Shown here: in pieces, positions 25,915 to 37,697 of the stretch
How the letters are laid out: each line of letters begins with the position of its first letter
Position numbering within the stretch: the first letter of the stretch is position 1
Translations under genes and position numbers: made by a program
DNA from: Candidatus Omnitrophota bacterium
Lineage (GTDB): Bacteria; Omnitrophota; Gorgyraeia; Duberdicusellales; 4484-171
Direction of reading: 5' to 3'
DNA: 64,000 nucleotides
Assembly: GCA_021735655.1 (NCBI GenBank)
Contig: JAIPGM010000006.1
Location: 32,001-96,000, forward strand
Notes under the pieces: generated by a model
What the model was told of the DNA's origin: nothing
Seen by the model: the letters and a program-made list of their open reading frames with translations, nothing else
Database searches by the model: none

Positions 25915-27329
25915 CTAGATAACCTCCTTTCTAACATTTCCCGGGCTACTTTAGGATTAGCCTTACCTTTAGTTTTTTTCATAACCTGCCCGACTAAAAA
26001 CTGTATTGCCTGCTGTTTGCCGGCTAAATACTCATCGACAACTTTTTGGTTTTCAACAACAGTCTCTTCGATATACTTATCTAGCTCAGCACTATCAGAA
26101 ACCTGAACCAGCTGCTCACTATTTATAATTTCATCAACATCCCTGTCAGTGGCAATGCTCAAAGAAAGTGCTTTTTTAGCAGCTAAGTTATTCATCTTGC
26201 CCTCTGAAAAGTATCTTATAATTTTAGCAAAATTAGCTGCCGATATCAAAACTTCATTAAAACCGTCCTTTAAACTATTCACCTGCTCTAGAAACGGGCC
26301 AAGCAGCCAATTAAAAACCTCCCGGCTCTCAGGGTATATCTTCACGGTGTCCTCAAAAAGATCAGCAAGCTTAGCTTGATTAATTATTATATCAACTTCT
26401 TTCTCTTCTAAAGAATAATCTTTTAAGAATCTTTTTCGCTTAGCTAAAGGTAACTCCCCCAAAGCTAACTGCTGATTTTTAATTAGGTCTTTAGCTACCG
26501 AAAAATCTAGCAAGTCTGGTTCGGGAAAATAACGATAGTCGTGAGCTTGCTCTTTGCTGCGCATAACTATAGTTTTCAACTTTAATTCATCCCAAAGCCT
26601 AGTTTCCTGAATCACCTTCTCTCCCTTAACCAAGGCCGCTGCCTGCCGCTTAACTTCATATTCTAGGCCCGCCTTAACCCCCTTAAAACTATTCATATTC
26701 TTAAGCTCAACTTTTACCCCTAATTTTTTATCGCCTTTCTTTCTAAGTGAAATATTAGCATCACAGCGCAAAGACCCTTTTTCCATATCACAGTCAGAAA
26801 CGCCGATATACTGAAGCATTAGCTTTAAATGGCTCAGGTATTCAAAAGCCTCATCTGGGCCACTGATGTCCGGCTCAGAAACTATCTCTAACAAAGGTGT
26901 TCCAGTACGATTGAAATCCACCAAAGAGTGATCTTGCTTATGAATCAGCTTCCCTGCATCCTCTTCAAGATGCACTCGGTTAACTCTTATTTTTCTACCC
27001 GAAATTAATTCCAAAGAACCCGCCTCACCAAGTGGCATCTTATACTGAGAAATTTGATAGTCTTTCGGCAAATCAGGATAAAAATAATTCTTGCGCTCAA
27101 AGTATATACTTGAGTTAACCTTACAATCTAAGGCACAGCATACCCTTACTGCCAACTCTAAGGCCTTCTGGTTAAATACCGGAAGCACTCCTGGATAACC
27201 GCAACAAACCGGGCAAATATTACTATTAGCCGGACTTTCAAAATTAGTAGAACAGCTACAAAAAATCTTTGACTCTGTTTTAAGCTGGGTATGAACTTCT
27301 AAGCCAATTACTGTTTCTAAATCACCCAT
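25911..27329 (-). CDS. gatB: Asp/Glu-tRNA amidotransferase subunit B
   Basis: GLEVHTQL..., length 472 aa. Confidence 0.9.
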   Translation of the reverse strand: MGDLETVIGLEVHTQLKTESKIFCSCSTNFESPANSNICPVCCGYPGVLPVFNQKALELAVRVCCALDCKVNSSIYFERKNYFYPDLPKDYQISQYKMPLGEAGSLELISGRKIRVNRVHLEEDAGKLIHKQDHSLVDFNRTGTPLLEIVSEPDISGPDEAFEYLSHLKLMLQYIGVSDCDMEKGSLRCDANISLRKKGDKKLGVKVELKNMNSFKGVKAGLEYEVKRQAAALVKGEKVIQETRLWDELKLKTIVMRSKEQAHDYRYFPEPDLLDFSVAKDLIKNQQLALGELPLAKRKRFLKDYSLEEKEVDIIINQAKLADLFEDTVKIYPESREVFNWLLGPFLEQVNSLKDGFNEVLISAANFAKIIRYFSEGKMNNLAAKKALSLSIATDRDVDEIINSEQLVQVSDSAELDKYIEETVVENQKVVDEYLAGKQQAIQFLVGQVMKKTKGKANPKVAREMLERRLSR

Positions 27330-27359
27330 GTTAGTTTTAGCCCTCTATACTATCTAAAA

Positions 27360-28730
27360 TTAGCAAACCGGAATCTTTTTATGAAAATCGGTTAAACTCT
27401 CAAAAGCAGAACCGAGTTTAAGTAAAGTTACCTCATCAAAAGCCTTGCCAACCAGCTGAGCTCCGATCGGTAAATCTTTTTTATCAAAGCCACAAGGAAA
27501 AGATACCGCAGGTATGCCAGCAAGGTTCGCTGGTATAGTGTATATGTCAGATAAATACATACTCAAAGGATCACTTGCTCTTTCGCCAAGTTTAAAGGCG
27601 GTAGTCGGAGAAGTCGGAGTCAAAATAGCATCGACCTCGGAAAAAACCTTATCAAAATCATCCTTAATCAATCTTCTCACCTTCAAGGCTTTCAGATAGT
27701 AAGCATCATAATATCCGCTAGAAAGACTATGGGTTCCTAAAAGTATTCTTCTTTTTGCCTCAGGCCCAAACCCAGCCTCTCTGGTTTTCAAATAAAGATC
27801 AATTAGGCTCTTAGACTGCTTGCGTAAGCCATATCTTATGCCGTCAAACCGCTGCAGATTAGAGCTCGCTTCAGAAGAAGAAATAATATAGTAAGTTGCG
27901 ACTGCATAATCAGTATGAGGAAGACTAATTTCCTTAAAAATAACACCTTGCTTCTTGAAGTTAGAAATTACATCATCAATCGCTGCTTTTACTTCTTGGT
28001 TTAAACCTTTGCCAAAGTATTCTTTTGGTAAACCAACCTTTATTGCTTTAATTCCACCTTTAAGGCCTTCGCTAAAATCACAAAAATCTAATTTTGCTGA
28101 GGTAGAATCTTTCCGGTCATGACCGCAAATTATATTAAGCAGCTGGGCACAATCTGAAAAGTTAGTGGTTATCGGACCGATTTGATCAAGGCTTGAACCA
28201 AAAGCAATTAACCCATAGCGGGAAACTCTCCCATAAGTCGGCTTAAAACCAATAACTCCGCAAAACGATGCCGGTTGCCTGATTGAACCCCCGGTATCAG
28301 AACCTAATGCAAAAGGGACTAACCTTGCAGCTACTGCTGCGCAGGATCCGCCGCTAGAACCGCCAGGAACTCTTTGAGTGTCCCAAGGATTTCTAGTTGG
28401 GCCATAGCAGGAATTTTCAGTAGACGAACCAAAAGCAAACTCATCAAGATTGGTTGTACCGACGATGGATAAGCCTGCGTTTTTAAGCTTTTCAATCACG
28501 GTTGCATCATAGACAGCCCGATGTGAAGATAAAATCTTCGAAGCGCAAGTAATTATCTTATCCTGAATACAAATATTATCTTTAATCGCAATCGACATTC
28601 CGGCCAATTGCGAACTTCCGCTTCCGGCTACAGGCTTATCATAAATCTCAACAAAACTATTTAGAAACTTATCCTTCTTCTTGGCTCTTTGAGCAATTTC
28701 AGAAGCAATAAGTTTACTTAAATCTTCCAT
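27360..28730 (-). CDS. gatA: Asp/Glu-tRNA amidotransferase subunit A
   Basis: Amidase signature GGSSGGS. Confidence 0.9.
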   Translation of the reverse strand: MEDLSKLIASEIAQRAKKKDKFLNSFVEIYDKPVAGSGSSQLAGMSIAIKDNICIQDKIITCASKILSSHRAVYDATVIEKLKNAGLSIVGTTNLDEFAFGSSTENSCYGPTRNPWDTQRVPGGSSGGSCAAVAARLVPFALGSDTGGSIRQPASFCGVIGFKPTYGRVSRYGLIAFGSSLDQIGPITTNFSDCAQLLNIICGHDRKDSTSAKLDFCDFSEGLKGGIKAIKVGLPKEYFGKGLNQEVKAAIDDVISNFKKQGVIFKEISLPHTDYAVATYYIISSSEASSNLQRFDGIRYGLRKQSKSLIDLYLKTREAGFGPEAKRRILLGTHSLSSGYYDAYYLKALKVRRLIKDDFDKVFSEVDAILTPTSPTTAFKLGERASDPLSMYLSDIYTIPANLAGIPAVSFPCGFDKKDLPIGAQLVGKAFDEVTLLKLGSAFESLTDFHKKIPVC

Positions 28731-29021
28731 TTATTCAATTACCTTTGGAATTTTGAAATAATCTCCCTCCCTAGAGGGTGAGTTGTTTAAGATTCTATCC
28801 CGATGATCTGAGGGCCTGGCTTCATCTTTACGCAAAACACCTTGAGCCTGGTGTAAATTGCGCATCGGCTTAATTGACTCAGTGTCTAGCTCTTTTAACT
28901 TATCAATGTAATCAAAAATTTTAGAAAGTTGAGCGATAAGCGACTTTTTCTCTTCTTCAGCTAAATTAATTCTGGCTAAATTAGCCACATACTCAACAGT
29001 TTTTTTATCTACTTTACTCAT
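28731..29021 (-). CDS. gatC: Asp/Glu-tRNA amidotransferase subunit C
   Basis: 96 aa, the expected size and position for GatC in a gatCAB cluster. Confidence 0.8.
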   Translation of the reverse strand: MSKVDKKTVEYVANLARINLAEEEKKSLIAQLSKIFDYIDKLKELDTESIKPMRNLHQAQGVLRKDEARPSDHRDRILNNSPSREGDYFKIPKVIE

Positions 29022-29023
29022 TT

Positions 29024-30568
29024 TTAAGAAGATTTAAATTTACCGCGAAAAAGAGTAAGCTCTAAAAATGTCTGAAGCCGTCGCGAACGGCTAGGGTGAC
29101 GTAGTTTCTTTAAAGCTTTGGCTTCAATTTGACGAATTCGCTCTCGAGTAACCTTAAAAATAGTTCCCACTTCTTCTAACGTCTTTGGGCTTCCATCCTC
29201 TAAACCAAACCTTAAAGTAAGAATGTTCTTCTCCCGATCAGTCAGGCTTTCCATGGCTTGTTCTAATTCCTCCTTAAGCATAGAGAAAACCGTAGCATTA
29301 GCCGGGGATACGGCTTTTTTATCTTCAATAAAATCACCGAAAGAAGTATCGCCATCATCGCCAATCGGAGTATGGATTGATATCGGCTGTTGTGAAACTT
29401 TGATAATATCTTTTATCTTAGAAACCGGAAGTTTTAGTTCCTTTGACAGTTCATCGGGAGTAGGCTCGCGTCCTTTTTCTTGAATGAAAAGACGCGATAT
29501 ACGGATAATTTTGTTGATCGTCTCAGTCATGTGTACCGGTATTCTAATCGTTCTAGCTTGGTCAGCGATTGCTCGAGTTATTGCTTGTCGTATCCACCAG
29601 GTAGCATAAGTAGAAAATTTATATCCCCGTTTATATTCAAACTTCTCTACCGCTTTGATTAAACCAATATTACCCTCTTGAATCAAATCTAAAAAGGATA
29701 AGCCTCGATTTACATATTTTTTAGCAATACTCACTACCAACCTTAAGTTAGCCTCAACTAAAGTTCGCTTAGCCTGATTGTATAGCTTAGTCCTATCATT
29801 GATCATTCTCATCCGATCCCTAAGCTGACTTTCGGGAAAACCTAACTGTCTCATTGTCTTACCTTTCTGCCGGATGAGACTACGGCGCAAGGTTTGGTTA
29901 GCCTGGCTCCTACCTTTGACTTTTTCAAGCTTTCTTTTTAGCTTATCGACCTCTTTGGCTAAAAACTTGGTTCTAGTGATTATTCGCTCAATAATACTAA
30001 TAGTAAAATTAAAAGCCTGTAAAATTTTCCTCTGACTTTCAATTTTCTTTATTCTCGCCAGCTTCCCATATAAAGACTTCAACCGATTAATTTCTTTTTC
30101 TTTATTCTTAATTTCTCCTTTAACAAAATCATCAGCGTTTAGCTCTTCTTTAATAATTCTTCTAGTAATACTTAAAAACATATCTCGGGATATGCCGGTT
30201 GAAAAAACCTCTTTTCTCAAGAGCTCTTCGGCGTCTTCAATTTTTTTAGCTAAACTGATTTCCTCTTCCCGAGTAAGCAAAGGAATCTGCCCCATCTGTT
30301 TTAAATACATCTTAACCGGGTCATCAATCGGTTGAGTCGTGGCCGTACTCTGCTTTTTCTTTATCTTCTCCCATTCAGAAACTTCCTTTGTTTCCAATAC
30401 GCTTATGTCTTTTGAATTGAGACGCTCAAAAATGGCATCCAAATCTTTAGCGCTGGATATTTCTTCGGAAAGAAAGTGATTTATCTCATCATAAGTAAGA
30501 TAGCCTTTCTTTTTTCCTAAATCGACCAACTGACCGATGCTTCTCTCTAAAAGTTTCTTTTTAACCAT
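29024..30568 (-). CDS. rpoD: RNA polymerase sigma-70 factor RpoD
   Basis: Regions 1.2-4; [22 protein letters not shown]. Confidence 0.9.
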   Translation of the reverse strand: MVKKKLLERSIGQLVDLGKKKGYLTYDEINHFLSEEISSAKDLDAIFERLNSKDISVLETKEVSEWEKIKKKQSTATTQPIDDPVKMYLKQMGQIPLLTREEEISLAKKIEDAEELLRKEVFSTGISRDMFLSITRRIIKEELNADDFVKGEIKNKEKEINRLKSLYGKLARIKKIESQRKILQAFNFTISIIERIITRTKFLAKEVDKLKRKLEKVKGRSQANQTLRRSLIRQKGKTMRQLGFPESQLRDRMRMINDRTKLYNQAKRTLVEANLRLVVSIAKKYVNRGLSFLDLIQEGNIGLIKAVEKFEYKRGYKFSTYATWWIRQAITRAIADQARTIRIPVHMTETINKIIRISRLFIQEKGREPTPDELSKELKLPVSKIKDIIKVSQQPISIHTPIGDDGDTSFGDFIEDKKAVSPANATVFSMLKEELEQAMESLTDREKNILTLRFGLEDGSPKTLEEVGTIFKVTRERIRQIEAKALKKLRHPSRSRRLQTFLELTLFRGKFKSS

Positions 30569-32330
30569 TTTTTACCTCTCTACTATTTACTTTTTCAAAT
30601 TCTGTAATTAATATTTTTACTTTCTTTGTATCGCCCTTTGCTTCGGCATCACGTATTTTTTCACGAAGCTCACTCTTAAACTGAATTATTCCTTTTTTCT
30701 TTAACTTAAGCAAACTCTCCTTAAAGGTATTTTTATCCATCGGTATATCGTCATCAATAAGAATTTTAGAAATAAAGCTACTAATTTCCTTGTCGTTAAT
30801 CGTACCCAAAAACTTTGGCCCGGATACCCCAGCTTCAATCGAATTGTTTAAAAATAAAGAAATTGCTTTACGGGAAATCGGTGAACTGAAATATTCCTGT
30901 TTTAAGTTCTTTTTAACCAAAGGAAAAGTTTTTGGATTAGTAAGAAGAAACTTAAAAATTACCTTCTCGGTAACTGGCAAGAGTTCGTTTTTATTTAGTC
31001 CGGCTGACTGGTTTCCCCCAGGGGCAGAAAATTTGTTTCGCCGAGTATTATTGACTGGGCTCTTCTTTTGAAACTCAGCAATCATGATCTCTTCTTTAAC
31101 TGAAAGTGCGCCGGCTAACTTTCTTATGTATTCATACTTTTTTATTTGCGAAGGCAGTTTATCTATCGTCTCAAGCATCTCTTTAGCAATCTTAGTTTTA
31201 CCGTCTATGCTATCCTTGTCATAAATATTGCTAAGGACATCTACCTTGTAATCAAAAAAATCACGAGCCTGCTTTAAAAAGGTCAAAAAATCAGCCCGAT
31301 CTTTATTTCTAAAAAAAGAGTCCGGATCGCTGCCTGACGGCAATTGCATAATCTCAACCTCTAGTCCTTGCTCAAGAAGCAAGTCCAAAGAACGCAGAGT
31401 AGCATTCTGCCCGGCCTTGTCAGAATCATAAACCATGACCACTCGCTGGGCATAACGCTTAATCAAACGGATCTGCTCTTCGGTAAGAGCGGTGCCTAAT
31501 GAGGCAACCACATTGCTTATTCCACGCATAAAGGGCGTAATCATATCTAAATACCCTTCAACCACAATAGCGGTCTGTTGATTTGAAATCTCATCTTTTG
31601 CCAAATATAAACCATAAAGATGGTTTCTTTTGCTATAAAGAACATTTTCTAAAGAATTGATATATTTCGGAGCCTGCGTATCTTTTGTATGTATCCGAGC
31701 ACCAAAGCCAACCACCCGCGAACGAATATCCAAAATAGGAAAGGTGATTCGATTACGAAATACATCACAAAAACCGCCACCCCTTGATGTAATTAACGAA
31801 CATTTCTCTAAAATTTCAAGGGTAAAACTTTTCGTCCGCATATAGCTCATCAACCCATTATTGCCCGGAGCATAACCCAGCTGAAACTTCTTAATCGTCT
31901 CTGGGCCAACACCTCGCTCAGCTAAGTAATCCCGCACTCCTTGTAATTTTTTATCATTTTTCAAATTATTATGAAAAAATAAAGTAGCTACGCTCATTGC
32001 TTCATAAAGCGCAGTCTTTGTCTTAGCATTTTTATCTTGCTGATAAGGAATATCCAAGCCTAGACGCTTAGCTAACAACTCTACCGCTTCAGGAAAGCTT
32101 ATTTTCTCGATCAAAGTAATAAATTGGAACACACCTCCGCCTTCGCCGCAGCCAAAACAATGGAAAATCTGCTTCTGAGGACTAACAATGAAAGATGGTG
32201 TTTTCTCCCCATGAAAAGGACAAAGCCCTTTAAAGTTTCGGCCAGCTTTCTTGAGCGGTAGGTAACTGGCGATAACCTCTGCTATGTCTGTCCGAGATTG
32301 GACCTCATCTATAAATTGTTGTGGGATCAT
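30561..32330 (-). CDS. dnaG: DNA primase
   Basis: Zn-finger [11 protein letters not shown]...CFGCG, TOPRIM. Confidence 0.9.
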   Translation of the reverse strand: MIPQQFIDEVQSRTDIAEVIASYLPLKKAGRNFKGLCPFHGEKTPSFIVSPQKQIFHCFGCGEGGGVFQFITLIEKISFPEAVELLAKRLGLDIPYQQDKNAKTKTALYEAMSVATLFFHNNLKNDKKLQGVRDYLAERGVGPETIKKFQLGYAPGNNGLMSYMRTKSFTLEILEKCSLITSRGGGFCDVFRNRITFPILDIRSRVVGFGARIHTKDTQAPKYINSLENVLYSKRNHLYGLYLAKDEISNQQTAIVVEGYLDMITPFMRGISNVVASLGTALTEEQIRLIKRYAQRVVMVYDSDKAGQNATLRSLDLLLEQGLEVEIMQLPSGSDPDSFFRNKDRADFLTFLKQARDFFDYKVDVLSNIYDKDSIDGKTKIAKEMLETIDKLPSQIKKYEYIRKLAGALSVKEEIMIAEFQKKSPVNNTRRNKFSAPGGNQSAGLNKNELLPVTEKVIFKFLLTNPKTFPLVKKNLKQEYFSSPISRKAISLFLNNSIEAGVSGPKFLGTINDKEISSFISKILIDDDIPMDKNTFKESLLKLKKKGIIQFKSELREKIRDAEAKGDTKKVKILITEFEKVNSREVKNG

Positions 32331-32354
32331 CCTTTGGAATTAAATTCGTAGTTG

Positions 32355-33314
32355 CTACTTTTTTCGCTTGATCCGCCTGAAGCCAGAGAATTCGTAAATA
32401 TTAAACTTCTCTTTTTGTTCTAAATAATCAAGCATGATATTAACCCCTAAGTTGTCTGAAGCGATATGCGAAGCAAAAATTACATTTATATTAGACTCTT
32501 TACACTTTTTAAAATGCTCCTCAGACTGATGCATGGCAATAATAGTATCTACGCCTTTAGCTGCTAGCTCCTTATAAATTTCCTGGGGGCCTTCGGTTCC
32601 ACCGGTAAACTCAAGATGAATATTGTTACAACGAGAGCTCCGACTGCCAACCACTATTTTAGGAGGATTATTATTTTTTGCAGCATCAATATATTCACCA
32701 ATGGTAAAAAGCGAATCGACAACTTGCCCTAAGGTTGATGGCTTGGTCTTCTTAAACATCCTTTCAAGATACTGGTAGGCACAATTATCGCAAGGAGTAT
32801 GCATGCATAAAAAATTAATCTCAAGCAAACGAGCTGCGTCAACGGCTCTTGAATGGTTAGCTGCGCTTACCCGCCTGGCAACCTGCTGTTTCCGACTATT
32901 TAAAAGGTTTTCAGAAACACTCAAAGACACACCCTCTTTAACAAAAACATCAACCTGTAAATCCATAACGTCATAAAACTGAGCATAGGCAAATCCCTGA
33001 GGATGATGTGATATTACCAAATCTATTTTTTTACCCTTCTGCTTTAACCGATCAACCAGCAATAACTCGGCGCCATCGACATCAATGCCAACAATCATTG
33101 ATTTTACATTCTTGTCTATGTCTCCGCAAAGAATGCGACTATCGGCAAAAGGATTAAATAAAGAATCCTTATCGAAATAATCCTTTTTTGCTTTGTCCAA
33201 TGCCTCAAGTTTTTTTCGATTATTCTTAAGCAAAGCCTCTATTTCCTGAGGTTTACGGACATCTTCTTGTATTCCCTTTTTTACGATTTCCCGATAGAGA
33301 GTTTTTAACTTCAT
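32355..33314 (-). CDS. Nif3-family dinuclear metal-centre protein (YbgI/YqfO-like)
   Basis: LVISHHP motif, length about 320 aa. Confidence 0.55.
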   Translation of the reverse strand: MKLKTLYREIVKKGIQEDVRKPQEIEALLKNNRKKLEALDKAKKDYFDKDSLFNPFADSRILCGDIDKNVKSMIVGIDVDGAELLLVDRLKQKGKKIDLVISHHPQGFAYAQFYDVMDLQVDVFVKEGVSLSVSENLLNSRKQQVARRVSAANHSRAVDAARLLEINFLCMHTPCDNCAYQYLERMFKKTKPSTLGQVVDSLFTIGEYIDAAKNNNPPKIVVGSRSSRCNNIHLEFTGGTEGPQEIYKELAAKGVDTIIAMHQSEEHFKKCKESNINVIFASHIASDNLGVNIMLDYLEQKEKFNIYEFSGFRRIKRKK

Positions 33315-33901
33315 CTGGTGGACCTCCTTATCTTATAATTCTTAAGCTGCCTCGGAAAATTAAAATATTCTTCTACTTTTTTATTTTTTTCAAACCTAGA
33401 ATTAACTGAGGTAAAATTTTTCTGAATCAACATATAGCTACCCGGGGCAAAATTCCTAAAAAGACTATAGGATAAGCTATGAGAAAAAACCTCCGAACTA
33501 AGCGGAGAGAGATAAAGGGTAAAGAGGATTATGCTCGAAAGCAACGCTGCCCGAAAAGATCCTGCAAAAAATGATACCCAACGTTCAAGAATAGTTATAT
33601 CCTGCCTCTTAAAAAGAAGTCTTACTATTAAACCTAAAAAACTAAAAATTGCCCTTATTCCTAAAAGAATTACCAGGAAAGCAACGAGATAAAAATATCT
33701 TTCATTCAAAAAGAGTATTGATTTTCCTACCGTATCCCCGATAAAAGAATAATACTGAAAAGCAAAAAAAACTCCGAACAGCAATCCGACTATCTTTATA
33801 ATTTCACAAACGATTCCGCGAGATACTGAGATATAAAGAATTCGAACACAAAGAAGTAGAAATAATAAATCTATAAATACCGTCCAGGAAGACTGTCCCA
33901 T
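33311..33901 (-). CDS. CvpA-family membrane protein
   Basis: 4 TM helices, size and position near dnaG. Confidence 0.5.
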   Translation of the reverse strand: MGQSSWTVFIDLLFLLLCVRILYISVSRGIVCEIIKIVGLLFGVFFAFQYYSFIGDTVGKSILFLNERYFYLVAFLVILLGIRAIFSFLGLIVRLLFKRQDITILERWVSFFAGSFRAALLSSIILFTLYLSPLSSEVFSHSLSYSLFRNFAPGSYMLIQKNFTSVNSRFEKNKKVEEYFNFPRQLKNYKIRRSTR

Positions 33902-34028
33902 ATTTTATAATTTAATAGTATATAACATATAGCTAAAGGAATGTCAAGCTTCCTCTAAGCTTCCCTATCCCAAACGCAGCCAAAGGGTTGATTTTTCATA
34001 GGCTTTATGGTAAGTTAAACACAATACC

Positions 34029-35156
34029 ATGAAAAATGAAGATTTTGCCATAGCTTTTAGCGAAAAGGAAGGGGAAGAAGCAGTCAAAGAGGTATCTTTG
34101 AAAATAAAACGAATCTTCCCCAAAAAAATAAACTATATTATACTTATGTTTACTCCTGATTACACCCCGGCTCAAATCATAAAAACAATAAACTTTACCT
34201 TAAAGCCTAAAAAACTCTTTTGTTTACAAGCCCCCTGGTTAATCTTTGAAGATAAATCCATCCCCAAAGGGATTGTAGCTTGCTGCATCAATAAAGAAAA
34301 TCTATATTCCCATGAATCATTTCTCGAAGAAAAAAAATCAGACGAAACCGAAGCATTTTTTCGCTCAGCCTTTAAAAATATGCGGAAAACCGACTATTTC
34401 TTTTTATCGTTTATTTCCCCCTCAATTAACCCAAATAGTTATTTAAATAGTATGAAATTATCTTTAGGGGAAGCTGTTAACTCACTCGGCATCGGTTACA
34501 TGAAACATTTTGGCCAGCACAGCTATCAAATAATTAATGACCAGATCAACCAAGGTTTAACTAACATCGCCTTAAGAGGTCTCGAGGTAGATACTCTGCA
34601 ATTAAGCGGATATGTGCCTTTAGGGCGGCCGTTCAAAATCACCAAAGTAGTTCCTAGCCGAAATCTAATCGTGGAGATCAACGAACAACCAGCAGTTAAA
34701 ATCTACCGTCATTACGCTGATGATAAATATGAAACCTTTATGAAAAAGAAACTTTTCAATCTTTACCCCCTGGGAATCAGGAAAAATGGTTCTATCCAAC
34801 TAGTAAACATAATCGAATGCTTGCAGGACGGATCTCTAGTGTATACCGGCGAGGTAAAGGAAGGCTCTGAAGCTCATATTATGTTCCTTGATACCACCTC
34901 TTTGTTCAGTGAAATTAAAAATAAACTATTTTTATTCCAGCAAAAAGGACAAGGGTTGGTTTTCATGGTGAATTCTTTAGTTCGGAAAAAAATCTTGCAG
35001 GATTTAGCTAATGATGAGATAAAGTTCATAAAGCAAACTCTGGGCAAAGAATCAAAAATTATCGGAGTATACTCTGACTACTGTTTATCGGCCGACCAGG
35101 AAAAAGGCCAAATTGATGTAGAAACTGGAAAACTTTTATTAACCTTGTGGAATTAA
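34029..35156 (+). CDS. FIST-like sensory domain protein
   Basis: About 375 aa; immediately upstream of and translationally coupled to a histidine kinase. No motif was matched; the call rests on size and genomic context only. Confidence 0.4.
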   Translation: MKNEDFAIAFSEKEGEEAVKEVSLKIKRIFPKKINYIILMFTPDYTPAQIIKTINFTLKPKKLFCLQAPWLIFEDKSIPKGIVACCINKENLYSHESFLEEKKSDETEAFFRSAFKNMRKTDYFFLSFISPSINPNSYLNSMKLSLGEAVNSLGIGYMKHFGQHSYQIINDQINQGLTNIALRGLEVDTLQLSGYVPLGRPFKITKVVPSRNLIVEINEQPAVKIYRHYADDKYETFMKKKLFNLYPLGIRKNGSIQLVNIIECLQDGSLVYTGEVKEGSEAHIMFLDTTSLFSEIKNKLFLFQQKGQGLVFMVNSLVRKKILQDLANDEIKFIKQTLGKESKIIGVYSDYCLSADQEKGQIDVETGKLLLTLWN

Positions 35157-36628
35157 ATATGTTTGAATCACTAGCTACTATCGACCCCTTGGGCATCATA
35201 GCATTTCTACTCTTTATTGCAATAATGCTTCTGTTAATCTATTTATTAAAAAAAGGGAAACGCCTTTCGATACTAGAAAAAGAACTTATTCACCAAGATA
35301 GGATAATTAAAAATTTAGACCAGCAAGCAAAGCTAATTATAAAAAGCGACATGGAAGTAAAGCTTTACCAACAAGAGATAGAAAGTGAATTACGTAAATT
35401 GACAATGATCAGAAATTTAATCAGCTCTTCGGTACATATTCTCGATAAAGAAACCTTAGTGAGCCAAGTAGATTCAAAAGTTGTCGAAGCCTTAGGATTC
35501 AAGCGAGGTTTAGTTTTAGACTTTAACACTTTGGCGGTTAGAGCGAATATCGGCCTTAGCGCCAAAGAAATTGAGTCGGTAAAAAACGTCCTCCAATACA
35601 AAAAAGAAGCTTTTAAAGAAACTCAGCTTTTACGTCAAGATTCGGAAATTCAAAAACAGCTTCAAGTCGCGACACAATCTGATCAGTTAATGGTAGCTAC
35701 AATAAGATCTAGGGAACAAACCCATTCAATATTCCTAGTTTCCGAACTCTTAACCGCCCCCAACGTTTCGAAGTCAGAAGGCGAAGCTTTTGTAACTATT
35801 TGTAGTTATTTAAGCCAATGCCTAAACAATATCCAGTTATTCGAAGAACTTTATCACACTAAAGATGACTTGGAGAAAAAAATTAAAGAGAGAACCAGCG
35901 AATTAGTTAAATCATTAAGAGCGGTTGAAACTATTAGTAAATCTAAAACTGACTTTGTGTCCAGCGTTTCCCATGAGCTGAGAACCCCGCTCACCTCAGT
36001 AAAAGGATTTTCATCTCTCTTGATCGATGAAAAGTTTGGCAAATTACCCAAAGAGGCCAGAGATCGGCTTATTAAAATTGACACCAATGTAGACAAACTT
36101 ATGGACATTGTAAATATCCTTCTAGATATCTCTCGAATCGAATCAGGGAAAACCGAAACTCATATCATCTCCCATGAAATCGTGAAAATTATCACTGAAG
36201 TTACTGACTTTCTCACTCCGCAAACTCAAAGCAAAGGAATAAAGTTTGCTTTTGATTTACCGAAACAGCTAAAAGTTTATATGGATAAAACCCTTATTGA
36301 ACGCGTTTTTATCAACTTAATTAACAACGCTATAAAATTTACCGGTTCCGACGGTGAGATAAAAATTAGTTGCAAAGAAGACGCAGATCAAGTTATAATC
36401 TCTGTGGCCGATACTGGTTGCGGAATCAAAAAAGATCACCTAGAAAAAGTGTTTCAAGAATTTTTTACAGTAGCCAATCCGGTCAACCAAGGTGCAAAAG
36501 GAAGCGGCCTAGGCCTTTCTTTAGTAAAAAAAATTATCGACATCCATAAAGGAAAAATATGGATAGAATCAGAAGTAGACAAGGGAACTACTTTCTACTT
36601 TACCTTAAAGGTAGCAAAAAATGTCTAA
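35147..36628 (+). CDS. sensor histidine kinase (TM, GAF-like, HisKA, HATPase_c)
   Basis: H-box SHELRTPLTSV, N/G boxes NLINNAIKFT, DTGCGI, GSGLGLSLV. Confidence 0.85.
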   Translation: MELNMFESLATIDPLGIIAFLLFIAIMLLLIYLLKKGKRLSILEKELIHQDRIIKNLDQQAKLIIKSDMEVKLYQQEIESELRKLTMIRNLISSSVHILDKETLVSQVDSKVVEALGFKRGLVLDFNTLAVRANIGLSAKEIESVKNVLQYKKEAFKETQLLRQDSEIQKQLQVATQSDQLMVATIRSREQTHSIFLVSELLTAPNVSKSEGEAFVTICSYLSQCLNNIQLFEELYHTKDDLEKKIKERTSELVKSLRAVETISKSKTDFVSSVSHELRTPLTSVKGFSSLLIDEKFGKLPKEARDRLIKIDTNVDKLMDIVNILLDISRIESGKTETHIISHEIVKIITEVTDFLTPQTQSKGIKFAFDLPKQLKVYMDKTLIERVFINLINNAIKFTGSDGEIKISCKEDADQVIISVADTGCGIKKDHLEKVFQEFFTVANPVNQGAKGSGLGLSLVKKIIDIHKGKIWIESEVDKGTTFYFTLKVAKNV

Positions 36629-37550
36629 ATTAAAAATTTTAATTGTTGATGATGACCCAGATATTTTAGATTTACTTGAAGCAACTTTGCTCGGAGAATA
36701 CAATATAGTAAAAGCGGCGACCGGTGAGGAAGCCCTGGCAATGGTTAAAAAAGAATCCCCTAACCTTTTAGTCTTAGACTACGTCCTTCCAGACACTGAA
36801 GGTCCGGAAATTTGTAAAGCAATAAGAAAAGATACTCTGGCTTCAAACACACCAATTCTTATGCTTACCGGAAAAGGTGAAATCGAGGACAAGGTCGGCG
36901 GCCTAGAAGCTGGCGCCGACGACTATATGCTTAAACCTTTCCTGCCGCAAGAATTAATCGCCAGGGTTCGCATGCTCATTCGTCGTTCCTGCGCTAATCT
37001 AGACGCTAACCCCTTAACTCGTTTACCAGGTAATGCCTCAATAACCAAAGAACTACAAGAAAAAATAACAAGCAAAGAAAAAATAGCAGTTCTCAATGTT
37101 GATATCGATAACTTCAAAGCCCTAAACGACTACTACGGCTTCGAACGAGGAGACAGTGCAATCAAAACAACTGCTCGTATCCTTATCGACAGCATTCAAA
37201 GTAAAGGAAATATTAATGATTTTGTCGGTCATATCGGAGGCGATGATTTTGTAATCGTCTCAACTCCGGAATGTGCTGAGGAAATTGCAAAAAAAATAGT
37301 TACTGACTTTGACGCCCAGGCCCCTTTATTCTTTAGCGAAGAAGACCGAGCTAAAGGCTATATCGAATCTAAGGGTCGCGACAATGAACTACACCGGTTC
37401 GGTTTTGTCACTATTTCAATTGGAATTATCGCTAATACAGACCGTGAATTTACTCACACCGCCCAAGTAAGTTCACTCGGAGCCGACATAAAAAATATCG
37501 CTAAGAAATTTAACGGCAGTAAATACATTTTTGACCGACGCAAAGATTAG
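36621..37550 (+). CDS. response regulator: receiver domain + degenerate GGDEF-like domain (GGDDF)
   Basis: Receiver ILIVDDD...LVLDYVLPD...K; C-terminal diguanylate-cyclase-like fold with HIGGDDFVIV instead of GG(D/E)EF. Confidence 0.7.
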   Translation: MSKLKILIVDDDPDILDLLEATLLGEYNIVKAATGEEALAMVKKESPNLLVLDYVLPDTEGPEICKAIRKDTLASNTPILMLTGKGEIEDKVGGLEAGADDYMLKPFLPQELIARVRMLIRRSCANLDANPLTRLPGNASITKELQEKITSKEKIAVLNVDIDNFKALNDYYGFERGDSAIKTTARILIDSIQSKGNINDFVGHIGGDDFVIVSTPECAEEIAKKIVTDFDAQAPLFFSEEDRAKGYIESKGRDNELHRFGFVTISIGIIANTDREFTHTAQVSSLGADIKNIAKKFNGSKYIFDRRKD

Positions 37551-37600
37551 TTCATACCAAATCATCGTCTTAATCCTTCCCAAAAATGTATTTTATCATT

Positions 37601-37684
37601 GCGAGGGTGGCGGAATTGGCAGACGCGCTAGCTTGAGGGGCTAGTGGTAGTAATACTGTGGGGGTTCAAATCCCCCCCTTCGCA
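37601..37684 (+). tRNA. tRNA-Leu (anticodon GAG)
   Basis: Cloverleaf GCGAGGG...CCCTTCGCA, long variable arm, anticodon loop TTGAGGG. Confidence 0.85.
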
Positions 37685-37697
37685 TTGCTTACTAGAT

